From Candidatus Entotheonellaceae bacterium (GTDB lineage: Bacteria; Tectomicrobia; Entotheonellia; Entotheonellales; Entotheonellaceae): a DNA stretch of 64,000 bases. Below are positions 60,018 through 64,000 of this stretch, one piece after another. A program made the translations under genes and the position numbers. The notes beneath the pieces are model-generated. The model made no database searches and was not told the DNA's origin. It saw only the letters and a program-made list of their open reading frames with translations. The stretch is from the NCBI GenBank assembly GCA_965238075.1, contig OZ250173.1:2144001-2208000 (forward strand), given 5' to 3'. The stretch's first letter is position 1. Every line of letters begins with the position of its first letter.

Positions 60018-60944
60018 CTAACTGAGATACAACCCGCGCCGCAGGTACCGCAAAACGACATCCTCAAACGGAACGGTGGTGACGGCGCGCAGATACTCAA
60101 TGTTGCGCCGCTGGCAATACGTCTCGATGCCGTCGAAGTACGCCGCCACCTTTTCGCGGTAGCGGGCGAGCAGGCGCTGGTTGACCGTCAGGCGGCGTTG
60201 CTGGCCGGTCTCGACGTCATGCAGGCGCACGGCGCCGTTGAAGGCCGGATTGATCTCCGACTCGGCCACCACCTGGATCACCAGCGCGTCGAAGCCGGCG
60301 TAGGCCAGGGCGTCCAGGCCGCCGGCGTAGCCCTGCGGGTCGAACAGATCGCTGATGACGATGGCCAGGCCGCCTCTGGCTGGCAAGCTTTGAGTCTGCC
60401 GGGCGTAGGTGCGCAGCACGCGGTTCAGATTAGTGCCGCCTCCGCAACCGAGGGCCTCGAAATAGCGCAGCATGGTGACGATCTGCTGCCGCCCGCGCTG
60501 CGGCGGCCTGGGGCGGCCCAGTTCGTCGGCAAACGACACCACGCCAACGCGGTCCAGGCTGTTGAGGCCGATGTAGCCCAGCGCCGCGGCCACCCGGCGG
60601 GCGAAGTCGATCTTCGACGGCTGGCCCTCTTGCATCGAGCGGCTGGTATCGACCAGCAAATGGATGGTGAGGTCCTCCTCGGCGGCGAAGACCTTGAGGA
60701 AGAGGCGGTCCAGTCGGCTGTAGACGTTCCAATCGACATAGCGAAAGTCGTCGCCGGGCTGGTAGCGGCGGTGGTCGGCGAACTCCAGGCCCATGCCGCG
60801 GCGCAGGGTGGTGCGGTCGTTCTGGCTCTGCCCCCGAAACAGCTTGCGTGCCAGCAGGTGCAGGGTTTCGAGCTTGCGCATAAAGTCGGCGTCGAAGAGC
60901 GCCAGGGCAGACTCGGCCGGTGGGGTGAGGGGTGATGCGTCCAT
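60018..60944 (-). CDS. DUF58 protein (MoxR-associated)
   Basis: GLEFADHRRYQPGDDFRYVDWN, LLVDTSRSM, VISDL. Confidence 0.92.
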   Translation of the reverse strand: MDASPLTPPAESALALFDADFMRKLETLHLLARKLFRGQSQNDRTTLRRGMGLEFADHRRYQPGDDFRYVDWNVYSRLDRLFLKVFAAEEDLTIHLLVDTSRSMQEGQPSKIDFARRVAAALGYIGLNSLDRVGVVSFADELGRPRPPQRGRQQIVTMLRYFEALGCGGGTNLNRVLRTYARQTQSLPARGGLAIVISDLFDPQGYAGGLDALAYAGFDALVIQVVAESEINPAFNGAVRLHDVETGQQRRLTVNQRLLARYREKVAAYFDGIETYCQRRNIEYLRAVTTVPFEDVVLRYLRRGLYLS

Positions 60945-60974
60945 AAAGCGAGTGTTTCCAGAGTTCACGCAGCA

Positions 60975-61289
60975 TCAAGGTGCGTCGGGCGCCGTCGTGC
61001 CTCGGCGTTGCTGCTCCAGGATGGTCTCGATTCGGGTTGCTTGGTTGTCGAGGTCGCCGATGTCCTTACGCAGGGCGAGCAGTTCCTTGCCAACTCCTGC
61101 AAAGCCTGCGTCCATACGCCTGCTGAGCGCCCGTATGTCTTCTCGAAGCGGCGCAAACGTTCTGGAGATAGCCCACATTGTGGTGCCGAAGATCGCGACG
61201 ACGATGAGAAGGACAATGACCGCGAGGACAGCGAGTTCTTTGTAGCCGATCAGGACGCTGTCGGGCGCCGTCGTTTCCTGGATGGACAC
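60975..61289 (-). CDS. Hypothetical TM + coiled-coil protein
   Basis: Strong SD GAGGAG; one TM helix then a heptad-like segment. Confidence 0.65.
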   Translation of the reverse strand: MSIQETTAPDSVLIGYKELAVLAVIVLLIVVAIFGTTMWAISRTFAPLREDIRALSRRMDAGFAGVGKELLALRKDIGDLDNQATRIETILEQQRRGTTAPDAP

Positions 61290-61537
61290 GACGGACTCCT
61301 CAATTTACCGGACCTGCGGGGTTCACAAGCCTACCCTTACCCAGGCTCCGATTCCAGCCTTGTTTTTCGGGCCTGCGAAGTTGGGGGTCAACCGTTTTTG
61401 GAGCAGGCGAAAGTTTCCCAAATGGACTGTCCTCGGCGGCAATGAAGCCGTAGTCTGGCCGTTCACCCCTATGCCGTCCGGTCCGTGTAGTCGGACGCCT
61501 CTTGCCGTCAAGCTGACTTCCTCATCGGCGCGCAGGC

Positions 61538-61993
61538 TCATAATTGGCTCTCCTCTTTGAGGAGGTCATTCAAGACAACGACGGACAGGTTAGGGACGCG
61601 ACGAAAGTCGCCGTCGTTAGTGATAAAGAGGGTGCACTGGACGTGTAGGGCTGCCGCCGCGTGCAGCGCGTCAGGTGTCTTCAGACCCGTGATGGCGCGC
61701 GGGCGGGCAGCCTCTTCCCATAGCTGGCGGGTGGCCGGGACCAACATCACCTCATCGGCGTCGAACAGCTCACGAAAGAGCCTTTCGACAGCCGTGTCCG
61801 TATCGCGCAGAGGCTTGACGAGGGTTTCCAACACTACCAAGTCGCTACTCACGATGACAAACTGTCCGGCCTGAGCCTGCCGCCACAGGGGATCGAGCAA
61901 GGTACGGTAGGGTTCGATGCGCTCCACGCTGTAGATGAATCCACTGGCATCGAGATAGATCGGTCCGTTAGGCGGAAGGATCAGCGATTCCAT
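61538..61993 (-). CDS. vapC: VapC/PIN toxin
   Basis: IYLDASGFIY, VLETLVKP, LKTPDALHAA, FITND. Confidence 0.9.
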   Translation of the reverse strand: MESLILPPNGPIYLDASGFIYSVERIEPYRTLLDPLWRQAQAGQFVIVSSDLVVLETLVKPLRDTDTAVERLFRELFDADEVMLVPATRQLWEEAARPRAITGLKTPDALHAAAALHVQCTLFITNDGDFRRVPNLSVVVLNDLLKEESQL

Positions 61994-62214
61994 GACTCTC
62001 GTTCATCCTTCAGGTAGGACTCGACCTCTTCTGCGGTCTTGAAGACACGCTGCCCCGGCGCCTCGGCCAGAATGTCAACGGCAGACCGACGCGGTGATTC
62101 GGGGGAGTGACGCACGACCACGTCAACGGACTCCCCAACCGGGAGCTCCTGGTCCACGATTTCGATTCTGCCCCCGGGAAGTACAGTCGTCTTCAGATGC
62201 AACACTTTCTGCAT
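61981..62214 (-). CDS. Putative antitoxin of the PIN toxin
   Basis: 77 aa (TTVLPGG.IEI...AEEV..YL..ER.SW) overlapping the PIN start. Confidence 0.75.
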   Translation of the reverse strand: MQKVLHLKTTVLPGGRIEIVDQELPVGESVDVVVRHSPESPRRSAVDILAEAPGQRVFKTAEEVESYLKDERESWNR

Positions 62215-62368
62215 GGCTAGCGCTTCCTTCTTCAGCCGCTACGCGATGTCGGCTGGATGGTCGCCACTTCGTCGGAGCCGGGTGAACTCGGAGCTGGCCG
62301 CTTGAACCAAGGTGGGCGGCATGACGGCTATGCTCTCTATCTGCCGATACAGTTGCCTCAAGGCAAGT

Positions 62369-62575
62369 TCACCCCTCTCGCCGCATCCGGTAGTTGATGA
62401 AGAAGTCTAGCTCCTCCACCGTGAAGCCGTAGCGATGGGTAGAGTACTATCGATTTCATCAATGATCGGGTTAGTCTTTTGTATCTTACAATTCCGCTTC
62501 CCACAAACGAGCCACCAGTTCCCGCAAATCCACATCGCTTAGCCGGAGTAGTTGATCCTTGGGGGTATCAAACAT
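62369..62575 (-). pseudogene. Chimeric defence-gene remnants: N-terminus of an REase/NTPase-type protein joined to the C-terminus of an Eco57I-like (type IIG) R-M protein
   Basis: MFDTPKDQLLRLSDVDLRELVARLWEAEL*, then frameshifted PIIDEID...YGFTVEELDFFINYRM. Confidence 0.55.
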
Positions 62576-62977
62576 TCATCCAGTGCCTTCAACGTTTGGA
62601 TGGATCATTGGCAACCCGCACCCTTCACGACAACTAATCCTGCCGTGCGTCGGCGTTGCCCTCTCTGCCTTGGCGGCTTCGCGTCAAACGCGCCGGCCAT
62701 GCGCAGGGCGTATGTGCTGATGAATGGGCCGTTGCAGATGACGGTGAGGAGGTCGGCTTGGTTGGCCCGAGCAGCCGCGCCCAACTTCACCGAGTTCGCG
62801 CTGGCCGGATTGTCGAGAATCAGTAGCAGCTTGTTGGAGGCCGCGAGCTTGCGTGCGAGGGCTTCCCTCTATCGCTAGGCGCGGCGTGGGCGATGATGAC
62901 TTGGCGACGCCTAAGGGGGACTGTACTGCGAACTTTATGCTGGGAGGTTCCGCTGTAGGGCTCATAACTCCCTCTTA

Positions 62978-64000
62978 TTACGGCAGAACGCATACGGTGC
63001 AGCGCCCTCTGTTTTCGAAGTCATGTTTTAGCTTTTCACGGTCGGCGATGGCTCGTTGGGGATCGTAGACAACGAACATGATATGGGCTTCCTGCGGGTA
63101 TTTCGTCAAATCGGCAGCCATTCCTTCAGTGACTTTGACCCCTCGGGGGCGTGCCCCTCCTGATGTATTTCCCTTCAATCAGCAGGTGTCCGCGGTCTGG
63201 AGAGAAGTCGGGCACGACGCCTGCACCTGCGAACGGCACAGCAGGATGCTCCCGGCATAAATCGCCACGCCATCCTTCTAGCAACCCCTCAATCTTGTCG
63301 TTCAGGTCGTCCTCGTTCGCTGGCGACGTGCTTCGAAAAGATTTGGGTAGCGCAGTCTGAAGGCGATCCTGAATAGCAGTCACCAAACGTTCGATAGGTT
63401 CCTTCAGGACGGTTTCTCTGTCAGACACTACCTTGAGTAGAGAGTTTGGTACTAAGGGGTCGAAGACGGCCTCATGGATGGCCCTCATTCGCCGAAGGGC
63501 GCGAGCCACTTGCTGCCCATGTCGAGAGCAAAGGTCCCACACCTTGTCTACAAGATCGATTTCATCTTCGCATTCTGTAATCCATCCAAGAAGATGCTGT
63601 AAGTCGTCCAGCAATTGGCTGTAAAAATAGTCCTGATTCCAATTGGAAAAGTTCGCCGCCTGCCTCAAATAATCTACTACAGTTGTCTTGCCTTCCTGGG
63701 AAGGTATCCCGGCCATTATGATGTCAGTGGCGTATAGACTTGCATTATCGAATCTGTCGGCTACTGCACCGTAAACCCCGATACGGCGGTCGAGACACTG
63801 AAAGCATTCCCCGCAGTGCGTGGCATGAGTTCGGGCGTTGAAAGTGTGACCGCACGATACGGAACTCGGGAGCAACTGTCCGTGCCCCGCGGTTTTCAGA
63901 TATTCCACCACTTCGGTTTTCGTGTTCCAAAGGAACGGTGTTTCTATGGTGAAGGTTTGTTCTGCAATAGTTGAGAACAGGGAGGCAAGCCTTCCAACAG
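62978..64000 (-). pseudogene. QueC-like (QatC/Cap9-like) protein with C-terminal PD-(D/E)xK nuclease; 5' end outside window, frameshift near 63145
   Basis: PFLWNTKTEV, SVSC...HCGECFQCLDRR; then VPDF...LLIEGKY, and in another frame KVTEGMAAD..KY...FVVYDP. Confidence 0.72.

Noticed and set aside
61323-61541. 72-aa ORF overlapping the vapC stop
   Set aside because: No recognisable motif; probably a remnant or spurious.
62605-62965. Functional gene downstream of the QueC-like fusion
   Set aside because: Fragmented across frames with no assignable family.

Overview
64-kb bacterial window with high GC, no rRNA or tRNA gene recognised and no CRISPR array. From left to right: (1) 1-9.3 kb is a defence island: type III R-M Res, a DUF6978-like/DUF1828 pair, a hicB hit by a 200-bp MITE, a type III Mod gene broken by a frameshift and an IS5-family element, and a RelE-like/UvrD fusion helicase. 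(2) A Na+/H+ antiporter and an NADP-dependent oxidoreductase. (3) 12.9-31.1 kb is an intact co-directional respiratory supercluster: a CydA-like (Nitrospira-type bd-like, no CydB) membrane protein plus three membrane-anchored c-type cytochromes (one with an EB_dh heme-b-like domain), followed directly by a complete A1-type aa3 oxidase operon with heme A/O synthesis, then a soluble cytochrome c and a USP/PCP_red/rubredoxin - Mrp - PCP_red module. (4) A nuclease-DinG helicase, a decayed TauD and a Dpp ABC transporter. (5) 40.9-47.2 kb is a decaying accessory region: a 189-bp hicB direct repeat brackets an array of four S24-peptidase 3' ends, each followed by a different cargo gene. (6) HD hydrolase, DUF2203, aminopeptidase, an Eco29kI-like type II R-M pair, metK, yihA, and a DUF58/vWA operon interrupted by toxin-antitoxin pairs. 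(7) A truncated QueC-like/PD-(D/E)xK fusion at the right edge. Family assignments come from motif recognition by eye, not database searches. The gene content suggests (inference only) a Nitrospinota/Tectomicrobia-like, possibly host-associated organism.
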